NCBI GenBank assembly: GCA_965644295.1
Contig: CBFFRP010000412.1
Span: 144,637-208,636 of the forward strand
Reading direction: 5' to 3'
Length of the DNA stretch: 64,000 bases
Source: Paraphysomonas bandaiensis
Lineage: Eukaryota; Protista; Chrysophyceae
Under the pieces are notes generated by a model that did not search any database, was not told the DNA's origin, and was given only the letters and a program-made list of their open reading frames with translations. Shown here one piece after another: positions 42,801 to 53,579 of this stretch. The translations under genes were made by a program, and so were the position numbers. Numbering within the stretch: position 1 is the first letter of the stretch; every line of letters starts with the position of its first letter.

Positions 42801-43909
42801 TGGATATGTTAGAATTTCCCGACGATAAAGAAGAAAATCAGGAATTTAACTCTAAAGAAGGTAATATGAAGGACGATGATGAATTATACAAAGGCGGAAT
42901 TACCGTGCAAAATGTCGACTCATGGATGGCGAAAAATGATACAGAAGGTGTCGGAACCTTAGTTGAGAATGACGACGAGGATGGTCCCTGCGACGATGTT
43001 GAAGTGATAGAAAATCAGGAATTATTGGACGAATCACGTCTGCGTGAAGCCCAGGAGCAATGGATGCGCCTCTCTGCGCAATATCAGAGTTCAAGTATTC
43101 GATTATGTGAACAGCTACGTCTTGTATTGGAGCCCACACTAGCCAGTCGACTACAGGGTGACTACAGGACTGGTAAGAGAATTAATATGAGGAGAGTAAT
43201 TGGTTACGTAGCATCGGGGTTCAGAAAGGATAAAATATGGATGCGGCGGACCAAGCCAAGTAAGAGGGAATACCAAGTAATGGTTATGATTGATGACAGT
43301 AGCTCCATGGGCCAGGCGGGGCCTCTTGCAATGGCCTCCCTGTCAATGCTTTCTGGAGCGCTTACACGACTTGAAGTAGGAGATATATCTGTCTGCTCAT
43401 TTGCTGAGAAACTGAAGTTACTTCATTCTTTTGGCAAACCTTTCTCAGATACAGTGGGAGCAAAAGTATATTCTCAATTTACGTTTGGTGCCAAGCAAAC
43501 TCGAATTGCATCTGCGTTGCAGTCAGTGGTGCCTATATTCGAAGAATCAAGGTTATCCTCTGCTTCGTCATCTGCGGGGAATGTGACATTGCAAATATGT
43601 TTACTTATCTCTGATGCAAGGATCGATTCGGACAACAGAGAAAACCTGAACAGAATTGTCCGGGAAATGGCAGAAAAAAATATTCTTGCTGTACTTATAA
43701 TTATTGATAAGAATGACAACGCCAAAGACTCCATATTTGCAACTAAAACTGTCGAGTTCACACCGACAGGGCTTGTGACAAAGGGCTACTTGGATGATTT
43801 TCCGTTTCCATACTATGTAGCTATTCAGCAAGTTGACGCGTTGCCAGAAGTTCTGGCCGATGCATTGAAGCAATGGTTTGAATTAATAAGAACACAGCTC
43901 GACAGTTGA
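24883..43909 (+). CDS. MDN1: Midasin/Rea1 AAA+ ATPase (six AAA modules, linker, D/E-rich tail, MIDAS), ~6,270 aa
   Basis: Walker A motifs GESGSGKS, GETGSGKT, GPTSVGKT, GETGCG|KT, GPPGV|GKT and GHTGSGKR. Long acidic tail, then LQGDYRTGKRINMRRVI and MIDAS IDDSSSM. Introns at 25073-25130, 25247-25296, 29193-29239 and 30690-30739. Start codon is tentative. Confidence 0.96.
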
Positions 43910-44516
43910 TTCTGATATATAGTTTGAGAAGTATTGAATGAAATTTTTGTGTCATTTAGTCAAGTGCTTATATTGTTTTAGTAAAATTGAGTATGAATTG
44001 TTATTTTTAAGGAAGTTGTTTTTCTTTTTGTAAGCTACAGTTATGTATTGCTGTGTTGAAAATAGGCACTGTGATGGAACATAGGGTTGCACTTTATCGA
44101 TAACGACGACAGATATTACCGCGCCGTGTACTGTGCGTTGTAATGTAAATGGTATTGTGTTGTATGAAATCGAATCCGTCCATACATTACTTCTTGAATA
44201 ATAGTGCTTCAAAGTGAAATAATGTTTTCTAAAAAGCTATGCTGAACGGAATCGGCCAGGCGCCACTCTTTACTCTTTAGTATTGTACGCGATGGTAATC
44301 ATCGTTCATTGTGCCTTCTCCATAGCTTCTAAAAGAAGTGTAGAACTAGAAACAAACTCTCGGAGGTGTCATAAATTGATATGCTAGAAGGATAGTAAAA
44401 TATAAAAACAGTATATACTACGTAGAATATAGAGCTTGGAGGAAGGCCGTATGCGAATTATGAAAGCTATTTTTCAAATTCCTCTACCGTTTATAGCATA
44501 GTCATTTCGTCGCCAC

Positions 44517-44808
44517 TAACAGAAGTTGACATTATTTGCTAAGGTTTACTATTCTCAACTGATAAGATGAAATTATAAACATTACATGATAAAGAACCTA
44601 AGTTGTGTTCGATGTGTTCAACACCATTCATTTACTACTATAGTGTACAACCACACACTCAGTCATCGTATCCTGTATAGTCATCCACTTCTACTTCAGT
44701 TTCATACTACATAATATAATGTACTAATTACATATATATCTTTCGATCCTTGCATCTCACATAATACTGCACTCAATTGCAAGTATATAGAATCTTCAGA
44801 TCTCAACA
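44517..44808 (-). repeat. 3' LTR (292 bp, TGTTGAGA...CTGTTA on the element strand)
   Basis: Direct repeat of 49515-49806. Confidence 0.95.
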
Positions 44809-44817
44809 CTCCCCCTC
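44809..44817 (-). other. Polypurine tract
   Basis: GAGGGGGAG immediately upstream of the 3' LTR on the - strand. Confidence 0.85.
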
Positions 44818-44932
44818 AATTGAGTGTTGTACTATGACGCCTCCCAGCTATTGAATGCCTGAGATAAAAAAATTCTTGACAGTAAAATAGACTCATCTCT
44901 AAGTCTAAACCTCTGTCTAAAAAACTCAGTAC

Positions 44933-47326
44933 CTACTTGCGCCTTCTTTTATCCCTTGGTCCCTCATTAATCACTTCAGTGGAACTCTTAACTTTCTCTC
45001 CAAGATTTCTCTTTCTCTGCTCCATATATGATAAACCAACCAATGACTTTGTATAAATATCTGCTGCTTGTTGCGATGTATGCACATGCACTAACTTAAT
45101 CGTATTGAACTGATTGGGATCCACGTGCTCTCTCACCATGTGATACTTAATCTCAATGTGCTTCGACTTCTTGTGAAACACTGGGTTTTCGGCCAAATCC
45201 TGGGCACTCTGACTGTCGATGAAGAATGGTGTGGGTTTGATGAGCCTCAACTTAATCTCACCCGTCACCCCCCGAACCCATAGCACTTCTTGGAGACCCG
45301 AGTAAATACACTGATACTCAGACTGCATGCTTGACGTTGCCACTGTCGTCTGCAGTTTGGACTGCCAGACTATAGGCCCTCCCGCTGCAAACCCAACGTA
45401 CCCCGACGTGGACTTCCTGGAGAGCTGATCTCCCGCCCAATCCGCGTCAGTAAACATATGGAAGTCGAACCGTCTACTCCCATATTGAATCCCTTTGTCA
45501 ATAGAACCACGAATATATTGCCATACATGTGTTAATAGCTTGCATACTTCAATATTCACCTTATTACTGAACCGAGACAGTACTCCCACTGCATAGGCAA
45601 TATCCGGCCTCGTGTTCATCGATAGATATAGTAATGCACCTATCAGCGGCCGATATGGGAAGTTATCTACTATAAGCTGTTCCTCCTCGGTATGCTCATG
45701 CCGCGCCCCTTTTGCCACTAAATCCATTGCTTCCGCCGGTAGAGGACTCTTCCGTACCTTTCGCGGTGGCCCAAGATACTTTTCAAACTTTTCTAAGATC
45801 TTAGCCGCATATACTGATTGGTCAAGACGAATATACTCTGGCGTTCTTGTGACTCGAACATTCAGAAAATGTTCCATCTCGCCCATATCCTTCATATCAA
45901 ACCGGGCACACAGTTGAGCTTTAATATCCTTCACTATGTTGACATCACGACCTAACACTAGGATATCATCCACATATATCGTTAATAATATCAATTCATC
46001 GCCCTTATACTGATAATACAAACACGGGTCTAATACACATGGTTTAAAATGCATAGATCGTATGAATTTATCCAATGTTTTCCACCACGACCGCGGGGAA
46101 CTCCGAAGCCCGTATAACGACTTCTTCAACTTAAAGCAGTACCCCTCAGGCAGCTGAAAGTCCGGAGTTGCCTTCATATATACATCCCCCTCTATATCTG
46201 CATATAGAAATGCGTTAGACACATCCAGTTGATGAATTACCATGTTCATCACGAAAGCTATGGCGATTAACAGTCGCACTGTTACCCCCTTAACAACGGG
46301 TGCGAAATGGTTCGCCCAACCACTCGACTGCTGTCCACAACCGATTGCTACAAGACGAGCCTTATATCGGCGGACCTCTCCCTCCTTATCGTACTTCTTT
46401 CCATAGACGTACTTGGAGTGCAGTGGGACGACTCCGTCCGGTATACGAGTCACCTCCATGGTATCTCGCTTCGCCAAACCCTCTCGCTCTACACGGCGAG
46501 CTCGTCTCCACTCCCTGTGCTCGGCACTCTCCAAGGACTCACGATGTGTCTGAGGCACTGTCGACTCTTCCGCTGACATCCACACTGAGTCTGCCTCCTG
46601 TAAAAGGTCACTCACATCACTCTCATCACTCAAATGATGGATTTGTCCTAACACCGACACATTCGTTACCGTCCTTGGAGTTCTTGCGCGTTTGCCGTGC
46701 GGATGATTCTCGGCAGGGGTCCCTTCCCCCGAAGGTAATGCTGAGTCAGCCTGGGGCTGCACCTGCCCACTTTCCGACTGCTGTGGCACCACTCCGCTGA
46801 TACCGCCGTCACGGTTGTCAGTAACTCTGGCCCTAACCACCCTCTGCGCAAGATCCTCTGTCATCTTCTTGATGTCAGCAATATGAATAGGAGTTTTATC
46901 CTCCACTTGAACCTGGTTACCAGTAACCAACGACCGGTATCCCACAATAAGTCCCTTCCTTATCACCACTCTGTTAGTCTTGTATAGCAGACCACCATCC
47001 TCATGGTGCTTTCCGATAAGATACTCAAACTCACCCGGTTGACGAGCCTCGGGATCTATAGCCACTTGAGCCTCCTCCAGCTCTCTATAATAATCCTGAG
47101 ACCTCTCAGGTACCGATTCATCAAATAATACATGTACAGAGTGTACTACGGTGTCCCCCACTAGCACCTTGTATCCTTTTCGATCAGCTGGATACCCTAT
47201 GAAATAACCTGTCATTGCTTTGTCCTCCCAGTCCTTCCTCCTGTCGGCCTTGGGTGTTAGCACATATGCTTTGCACCCCCATTTCCGTAGCCACGATAGG
47301 CTGGGAACGCTCCCCCTGGGACACAC
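44933..47326 (-). CDS. Copia pol, 3' part (integrase C-terminus, reverse transcriptase, RNase H)
   Basis: WGCKAYV, RYKARLVA, HQLDVSNAFL, LKKSLYGLRSSPRSW, YVDD, FTDADWAG, KSKHIEIKYH and ADIYTK. Confidence 0.93.
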   Translation of the reverse strand: MCPRGSVPSLSWLRKWGCKAYVLTPKADRRKDWEDKAMTGYFIGYPADRKGYKVLVGDTVVHSVHVLFDESVPERSQDYYRELEEAQVAIDPEARQPGEFEYLIGKHHEDGGLLYKTNRVVIRKGLIVGYRSLVTGNQVQVEDKTPIHIADIKKMTEDLAQRVVRARVTDNRDGGISGVVPQQSESGQVQPQADSALPSGEGTPAENHPHGKRARTPRTVTNVSVLGQIHHLSDESDVSDLLQEADSVWMSAEESTVPQTHRESLESAEHREWRRARRVEREGLAKRDTMEVTRIPDGVVPLHSKYVYGKKYDKEGEVRRYKARLVAIGCGQQSSGWANHFAPVVKGVTVRLLIAIAFVMNMVIHQLDVSNAFLYADIEGDVYMKATPDFQLPEGYCFKLKKSLYGLRSSPRSWWKTLDKFIRSMHFKPCVLDPCLYYQYKGDELILLTIYVDDILVLGRDVNIVKDIKAQLCARFDMKDMGEMEHFLNVRVTRTPEYIRLDQSVYAAKILEKFEKYLGPPRKVRKSPLPAEAMDLVAKGARHEHTEEEQLIVDNFPYRPLIGALLYLSMNTRPDIAYAVGVLSRFSNKVNIEVCKLLTHVWQYIRGSIDKGIQYGSRRFDFHMFTDADWAGDQLSRKSTSGYVGFAAGGPIVWQSKLQTTVATSSMQSEYQCIYSGLQEVLWVRGVTGEIKLRLIKPTPFFIDSQSAQDLAENPVFHKKSKHIEIKYHMVREHVDPNQFNTIKLVHVHTSQQAADIYTKSLVGLSYMEQRKRNLGEKVKSSTEVINEGPRDKRRRK

Positions 47327-49530
47327 TCATATGGAGACATCCATCCTTGCCACGTCCGAGTTGGCATTCGTCGCACAATGTAACATGCAGTTTGATAAGC
47401 ATCAGACCAGAACGACTTTGGAAGTCCAGATGCCGTCAACATCGTCAGTGTCATCTCCCCAATTGTTCGGAATTTCCTCTCAGACACCGCGTTGAGCTCT
47501 GGCGTGTCTCGTGTTGTATGTGACACCCGAGTCCCATATCGCTGCAACAGATACTCTCTTATCTGCTGACTAATAAGTTCGGATCCTCCATCGGCATGAT
47601 ACTCCACTATACGGTTCCACCCCTCGTACTTCACTAAGTGGACCTCGCACAAGTGTCGTAGACATTTGAACACCTCCTCTCCGCTTCGAGTCCTCAATCC
47701 ATATTCCCATATCATCTTTGTTGCTAAGTCCGTAAATAGGAGCACGTACTTATACCCTTGTCTGGATTCACAATTGAGATAGACGGAGATGTCCGCTGTT
47801 ACTCTTTCCAGGAACCTGACTGCGCTTAGCTCTTCGTTGTCCCGTGATTTGAACGAATGCCTGGTTATCTTCGCCTTGGCACACCATTTACACAGGGGTT
47901 TCTTGCAACTCTTCTCCTTTGCCTTCGAAAGGTGATGTCGTTGTAGTCCTGATCCTCTGAATAACATGTGTCGGTGAGCTTCTAATAACTTCGATTTCGA
48001 GACATGTCCAGTACGCTCATGTAAGCGATCCAACGCATCTTGTCCTGTATTATCCGACAAATTTACCTCCTCCATCTGATTGCACATAGACACATTTGGC
48101 AGATTTAACACCTCCATCAAGTCCACATACGGCATCCCTCCATGCTCATCGTACTCTCCAGTCAACACCTCGTTTCCAGAGTCCAATTCCACGATTTTAG
48201 GCTTTCGAAGCAGTTGTAATCCGTATCCCATTGATCTCAGCATCCCTCCTGACACAATGTTCTTCACCGCTTCTTCACTAACTCTGATGTCTCTCCATTC
48301 CCCGAATGTACCAGCCCCCTGTGTCTCCAATTGAGAACCCTTTCTAGTTAGTTGGATTGCCCCAAACTCAGGAGTAAATGACTCCAGTGCAATTTTATCC
48401 TTTACTATAAACAGTCTTTTACTTGCACAACTGTCCAGATATACACGAGGTTCTTCCGACGTATCCACCGATAGCAAAACCTCTTCTCCAAACATATTCG
48501 CTTCATCATCCGACGACTCTCCGTCGTTGACGTATTTCTTCCATTCTGTCTCGAATTTCCTGTTCGATTTTCGAGGATTCTCATTATCCGGGTTTTTTAT
48601 GTTCTTCCGTTTTTTCGACTTGCACTGTCGGGCTTTATGACTAAAATCTCCACAGATATGACAACCAGTATAATCCTTTGATCCTGGCTGCTGCACACTC
48701 TTCGAAGCCTTTTCCTTTGTCTTCCCTTTTCTTTTGAACTTATCCATTTTTCTTTGTCGTTCCTTAGCATAACAATTCGCTGCTACATGTCCCTTCTTCC
48801 GACAAAATGAACAAACCACTGGCTCCTTCGACGCCGTAAAATTGATCTCTTCAGATTTGTCTCCCTTTAGTTTCTTCAGCTGCGTCATAGCCTCGTCATA
48901 CTCTTCACAAGCCTCTTTCACCGAATCAAATGTAGTTGTTGCTTTAGGCATCATCGCTACCGACATCCATAAATCATGTAATTCCTCTATCTGCAGCGCT
49001 GCTTTTATCTTTGCTAATTTACTTGCCTCTGTCTGCGGTTGTCCCAATTTTATGAGCTTCTGGATTATACCGTTCAGTCGATCTACCCCAACAGACACCT
49101 TTTCCCCCGGCCTTATTTTGAACGAATGGTATTCTGCCGTAGTCTTCTCCAATACAGTCCCAATCTCGCCTCTGAACCTATCAACCAGTGTCTGAAGGAG
49201 CTCACTGGATAACACCTCCTTAGCAGGATCATCAGCAGGTAAAATTGCCTTCCCCTCCAAATATTGATTGGCTACCTCCAACACATCAGGGTCATGCTCG
49301 CAAGCCTCCCAAATAGTACTAACACAGGTATCATTACGCTCTCTCCATGACTCTAAATTCCTTCCTCCGGCTGGCGGGTCCTCCAAGCCAAGATGGTTTC
49401 GGTTTTTCTTCATTAGATGCATCTTGATTTTTCTCGCTGAATAGTCTGCTTGGTTCTTGTCAAACCGTAGCTTCTTGTCATCTTCCCCATCCCTACAACT
49501 AGCATTCGCTACCATAACAGAAGTTGACAT
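47257..49530 (-). CDS. Copia gag-protease-integrase (5' part of the polyprotein)
   Basis: Two CCHC knuckles (CSFCRKKGHVAANC, CHICGDFSHKARQC), protease YLDSCAS, integrase H-H-C-C (LHERTGH...CKWC) and DDE core (TADI, HADGGSE, NAVSERKFRT). Confidence 0.92.
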   Translation of the reverse strand: MSTSVMVANASCRDGEDDKKLRFDKNQADYSARKIKMHLMKKNRNHLGLEDPPAGGRNLESWRERNDTCVSTIWEACEHDPDVLEVANQYLEGKAILPADDPAKEVLSSELLQTLVDRFRGEIGTVLEKTTAEYHSFKIRPGEKVSVGVDRLNGIIQKLIKLGQPQTEASKLAKIKAALQIEELHDLWMSVAMMPKATTTFDSVKEACEEYDEAMTQLKKLKGDKSEEINFTASKEPVVCSFCRKKGHVAANCYAKERQRKMDKFKRKGKTKEKASKSVQQPGSKDYTGCHICGDFSHKARQCKSKKRKNIKNPDNENPRKSNRKFETEWKKYVNDGESSDDEANMFGEEVLLSVDTSEEPRVYLDSCASKRLFIVKDKIALESFTPEFGAIQLTRKGSQLETQGAGTFGEWRDIRVSEEAVKNIVSGGMLRSMGYGLQLLRKPKIVELDSGNEVLTGEYDEHGGMPYVDLMEVLNLPNVSMCNQMEEVNLSDNTGQDALDRLHERTGHVSKSKLLEAHRHMLFRGSGLQRHHLSKAKEKSCKKPLCKWCAKAKITRHSFKSRDNEELSAVRFLERVTADISVYLNCESRQGYKYVLLFTDLATKMIWEYGLRTRSGEEVFKCLRHLCEVHLVKYEGWNRIVEYHADGGSELISQQIREYLLQRYGTRVSHTTRDTPELNAVSERKFRTIGEMTLTMLTASGLPKSFWSDAYQTACYIVRRMPTRTWQGWMSPYECVPGGAFPAYRGYGNGGAKHMC
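49503..49514 (-). other. Primer binding site, probably tRNA-iMet
   Basis: TGGTAGCGAATG directly after the 5' LTR, complementary to a tRNA ending ...TTCGCT-A-CCA (A1-U72-type acceptor stem typical of initiator Met). Confidence 0.7.
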
Positions 49531-49806
49531 TATTTGCTAAGGTTTACTATTCTCAACTGATAAGATGAAATTATAAACATTACATGATAAAGAACCTAAG
49601 TTGTGTTCGATGTGTTCAACACCATTCATTTACTACTATAGTGTACAACCACACACTCAGTCATCGTATCCTGTATAGTCATCCACTTCTACTTCAGTTT
49701 CATACTACATAATATAATGTACTAATTACATATATATCTTTCGATCCTTGCATCTCACATAATACTGCACTCAATTGCAAGTATATAGAATCTTCAGATC
49801 TCAACA
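49515..49806 (-). repeat. 5' LTR (292 bp)
   Basis: Direct repeat of 44517-44808. Confidence 0.95.
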
Positions 49807-50912
49807 GCCACTGTTACCAGCGAGTCTATTCGTCTCCGGTGCCTTGCCATCATGCACTCCACAGAACATACAGAATTAAACGTTGCCTGTGTCTGCTTGA
49901 AGTATAAAATTTGACTTCGGTCTGCTAATGTGTACCTTTATCACTTTCGACATATCCTCCTATAAGTTACTTCGCGCTGCGGGTTACATCAATGACTTGT
50001 GCGTCAAATTACATACCCTGTAGGAACGCCCGGTCAAAAGCACCTCAAACTTGGATGACATTTGCTCGACAATTTACCTGTAATATCTGCAGATAACATG
50101 CCGACACCGTCCTGAATTGCTGCATTCAGGTTGCCATAGACACTTCAGTGATGGTTGCTGATATTGTTTTACATACGTCGTCATATGTCTCATTGTACAG
50201 ATGTCCTAAAATGACTGCGCCTAGTAAAGAAATCGTTGAATCATTTTACTATTGACCTGAGAAATGTACCTCGTCACCAGGACCTCGAATTCAAGGCCCT
50301 TGTGCTTCATTCTAGACACACAAGCAGTATGCCTGACGACAGCGAGAGTGAGTTTCCCATTCACGAAACATGACTTTAAATTCGATATCCTGAAAGACGA
50401 GGTGCACCCCTCACATCAAGAAGGTAAAACGATTCAATGAGTGTATTACCCAATGACATAGTGGTTAAAATGCAGGTTGTTGTCAACGTAAATATCGTAG
50501 ATAAACCGCCTCACAGACACATATATCTGGATTCGTTGGAGCTCAGCTACTTCTCCAAGTTCACCATTCAGTAGTTCGAATATGTGCAGATTAACGAGAT
50601 TAAGCTTGAGCCAGCCCTAATAGAGCAGACGTGTACGAAACCTACTTATGTTCAATAACGAAATGACGTATTCGATGTTTGTCAAGTTGAATGCTCAGAG
50701 TTTTTGTGAAATGATAGCGAAGTGACCAAAGTGCTATCCAAAGTTGAGTTTATTGCAACTTTGCGTCACGCTCTGAGATTCCTTAAACCCCTAGTTTGGG
50801 AATCAGTGCGTTGCTGAGGAATTTCGGTTTTTCTTTTGCTATATGTACCCGCTGTCCCGACTACACTAGATTTCTGAGGAAAACACGGCCAACAGTCTCA
50901 GAGTCATCTAAT

Positions 50913-51950
50913 TTGTATGAGAGCACTGTACAGCCAGGCTGATAATAAGGACTCTTCACCAAAGCACCAATCTCATACTCTTGCGGTGCAATTTCATCGA
51001 CACTTATGCCATTGCTACTCAGCAATTACACCTTTATCACCGGTATCATCAGGAGACACCCTCTGAGCCGTTAGCCTTCGGTAATGTCAGGACGAGCCCC
51101 CAGGCCTAGGCAAGATCTTGCGTAGCCCTTTCGACTTGTCCGCGGACATCTGAGACAGCTTCGTCATCATTCACTTCTAGTCTCGCGTGCAACTGCCTCG
51201 TTGTGCCCATGAACATGTTTACACTCTTTTCCGCGATATGAATTCCATACAAGGTAAAAGCTACACATCCTCGGGTTACTTCTACCATCTTGCAAATATG
51301 CATTAGTTGTTCCATGGATCCTCGATCTGACTCCCCAACAACAGGTAGCATCATCCTTCTTTGATTTCCGTCGTGTCTTCTTTTAAGTGACAGGATGCAG
51401 AATTTGGAAGACAGAGTACAAAAGGTGGAAGATGTTGATCAAATCAACCACAACATTCAAAGAGCTCCGATGCACCAGCAGTTTCAAAGCGCAAGAAATC
51501 TAAGAAAGCGGAAAGGAAAGCCAGATATTCAACTCTATAGGACCAGAGAATTGGTCCCGAAATCAACAACATCTTGGACTTGTATTGACTGCTTTCGCCT
51601 CATCAATGAGGTAATTGACACTCATAGGCGCCATATCCAAAGAGTGGGAGGAGAGACCCTGACACACAGTAGTGGCGTATAAAGGCTATGTACTGTCAGT
51701 CTGTCAGTTCGTTGAGCGTTATCAGAGTGGGATGCTTCTCCCACAGCCACGAACTTTACACTTTTTACCTCTTTTTCGATATGACACTGAAGGTTTTACG
51801 TAGATATCTCCTGATGATACCGGTGATAAAGGTGTAATTGCTGAGTAACAATGGCATAAGTGTCAATGAAATTGCACCGCAAGAGTATGAGATTGGTGCT
51901 TTGGTGAAGAGTCCTTATTATCAGCCTGGCTGTACAGTGCTCTCATACAA
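50913..51950. repeat. 144-bp near-perfect inverted repeat (50913-51056 / 51807-51950) with a 750-bp spacer
   Basis: Arms are reverse complements with 2 mismatches by eye. Confidence 0.93.
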
Positions 51951-52090
51951 CGGCTGAGGGAGGACGTATGAGGCTCAGTTCGATAACGACGGCGATATTC
52001 GAACAATCCTTATGACTTTTCTGTGCACTAGTTAGTAACAACAGGGAGACATCTATCTAGCTTGACTAGTTTTCTTCTAGCTACTAAACT

Positions 52091-52138
52091 GGTGCTGATT
52101 CTTAACTCCTATTGCTAATAATAAGACTTTTAATATAC
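52091..52138 (+). repeat. Fragment of repeat family A
   Basis: GGTGCTGATTCTTAACTCCTATTGCTAATAATAAGACTTTTAATATA resembles 7364-7412. Confidence 0.6.
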
Positions 52139-53292
52139 ATATTATATTCAACAGATAATATTTTTTAAATTCTTTGTATGTTTATACCCATTTCTATTGT
52201 TGCAGTTTTCTATGTGTTGTTATGGTTATATGTATTCCATTGCTACAGAGAACACTGGCTAGGCTATATCATGCCCACATATGTCTCATGTTTAAACCAA
52301 ATACATAATATGATATCATAAAAACGATTCAATTTTTATTAATTGTTCTCAATAGTGTCTCTTCCGTTTGCTTCAAGCCAATAGAGCGGCGACGAAGATT
52401 GCTTACCTGTAATACTTGGGTATAATATTAAATATTATATTTATTTATAATACCCTTTCAAATATCCAATAAAAATCGTTTTTTTGTATTATTTCTCCCT
52501 ACAATTTTTAGGCACGGTTATTTTTACAGTGTAATTTTGAACTTGATTTAATATGTTTATTGTAGACCTTTTCTGAGTGCTTTCATGGAGTGATAGCGGA
52601 AAGGTAGAGGAAAGCGAAGGGAAATAATGTTGCAATATATTGTAAGCTAGCTTATCAAAACAATAAAAGCGTAGTTTTTCTAACTGGGCGAACAAAACAT
52701 ATTACAACAATACCGTATATTATTCCCTATGCTTCCTGTAACGACTTCATCCATACTACTAGTGGCACCGATTGTTGTTTTGGCTCGAAGGAAATCTTCT
52801 AATGATCTAATGACTGATTCCAGGTGTTTCAATGATATTTATACTTTGCAGCATGTTGAGATGCTGACTGGCTCCTTAGGTTTGAAAACTATAGGTAATC
52901 TAGTTTTCCATGGAAGACCCCCTCAACAAAGTCGGACTCGCACCTTTTCGTGGTGTTCTGGGGGATAAGTACCGGAGATATTTCTCCCGGAAACTAACGT
53001 GAGCCGCAAACATAAGTAGCAGATAATGTTCTGCCCACTCATAGCTAATAGCCAAATGCGTGCGTGGTACAAGGTACACTAAATAGTGTCACTTGTGTAG
53101 ACGTCTTTGAGTGACAAATAAACAGGCACACGAAAATGGGCCCACATCAAGGGCATCCGAGATATTGAGTTGCCTGCTGAAGTCAAGCATCCGGGATGTT
53201 CACCTTAAGGACTCAAAAATCCTGAAGTCAGCAAATGTCAGGTATATCAACATACTGCTTGCTCACTGCGTACTGCGTTTGCTTAGAGTGGT

Positions 53293-53411
53293 AGAGCGAA
53301 ACTGGTTGCATTTTGGTGCTTGCGGTGACGCACAAGCAGCTTTCGTAGCGTTAAATAATAGGGTAGCAGAGTTAAGCACCAACTCTTAAACTCCTATTGC
53401 TAAGAATCAGA
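53293..53411 (+). repeat. Copy of repeat family A terminus
   Basis: AGAGCGAAACTGGTTGCATTTTGGTGCTTGCGGTGACGCACAAGCAGCTTTCGTAGCGTTAAAT matches the reverse complement of ~21143-21206. Confidence 0.8.
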
Positions 53412-53579
53412 CAATCACTATACTATGAACGACGCAGTAATTTTGCTGTTAATATATCAGCTGTAGCAACGAACAACCTTGTTTGGTATAAGTATGTCCC
53501 CTCCACTAATCATTCAGCTGGCCATTTCGCGAAGCTATTGCCGCAGCCTACTCAGTTCGCAACCTTCACAGTGCCGTAG
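53408..53579 (+). pseudogene. Decayed Copia RNase H C-terminal fragment
   Basis: YYERRSNFAV...VWYKYVPSTNHSAGHFAKLLPQ resembles the Copia consensus H.R.KHI...L.YVPT..Q.AD.FTK.L; weak match. Confidence 0.4.

Larger units (their letters stand above)
44517..49806 (-). mobile_element. Full-length Ty1/Copia LTR retrotransposon, very recent insertion
   Basis: Two 292-bp LTRs with no differences seen; 5-bp TSD GCCAC (44512-44516 and 49807-49811); PBS and PPT present; gag-PR-IN-RT-RH order. Confidence 0.97.

Noticed and set aside
40780-43873. Ser-rich antisense ORFs over the midasin tail
   Set aside because: Antisense shadows of the D/E-rich region.
49812-50900. Coding-like decayed sequence flanking the Copia insertion (possibly an older element it nested into)
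   Set aside because: No frame or motif could be reconstructed with confidence.
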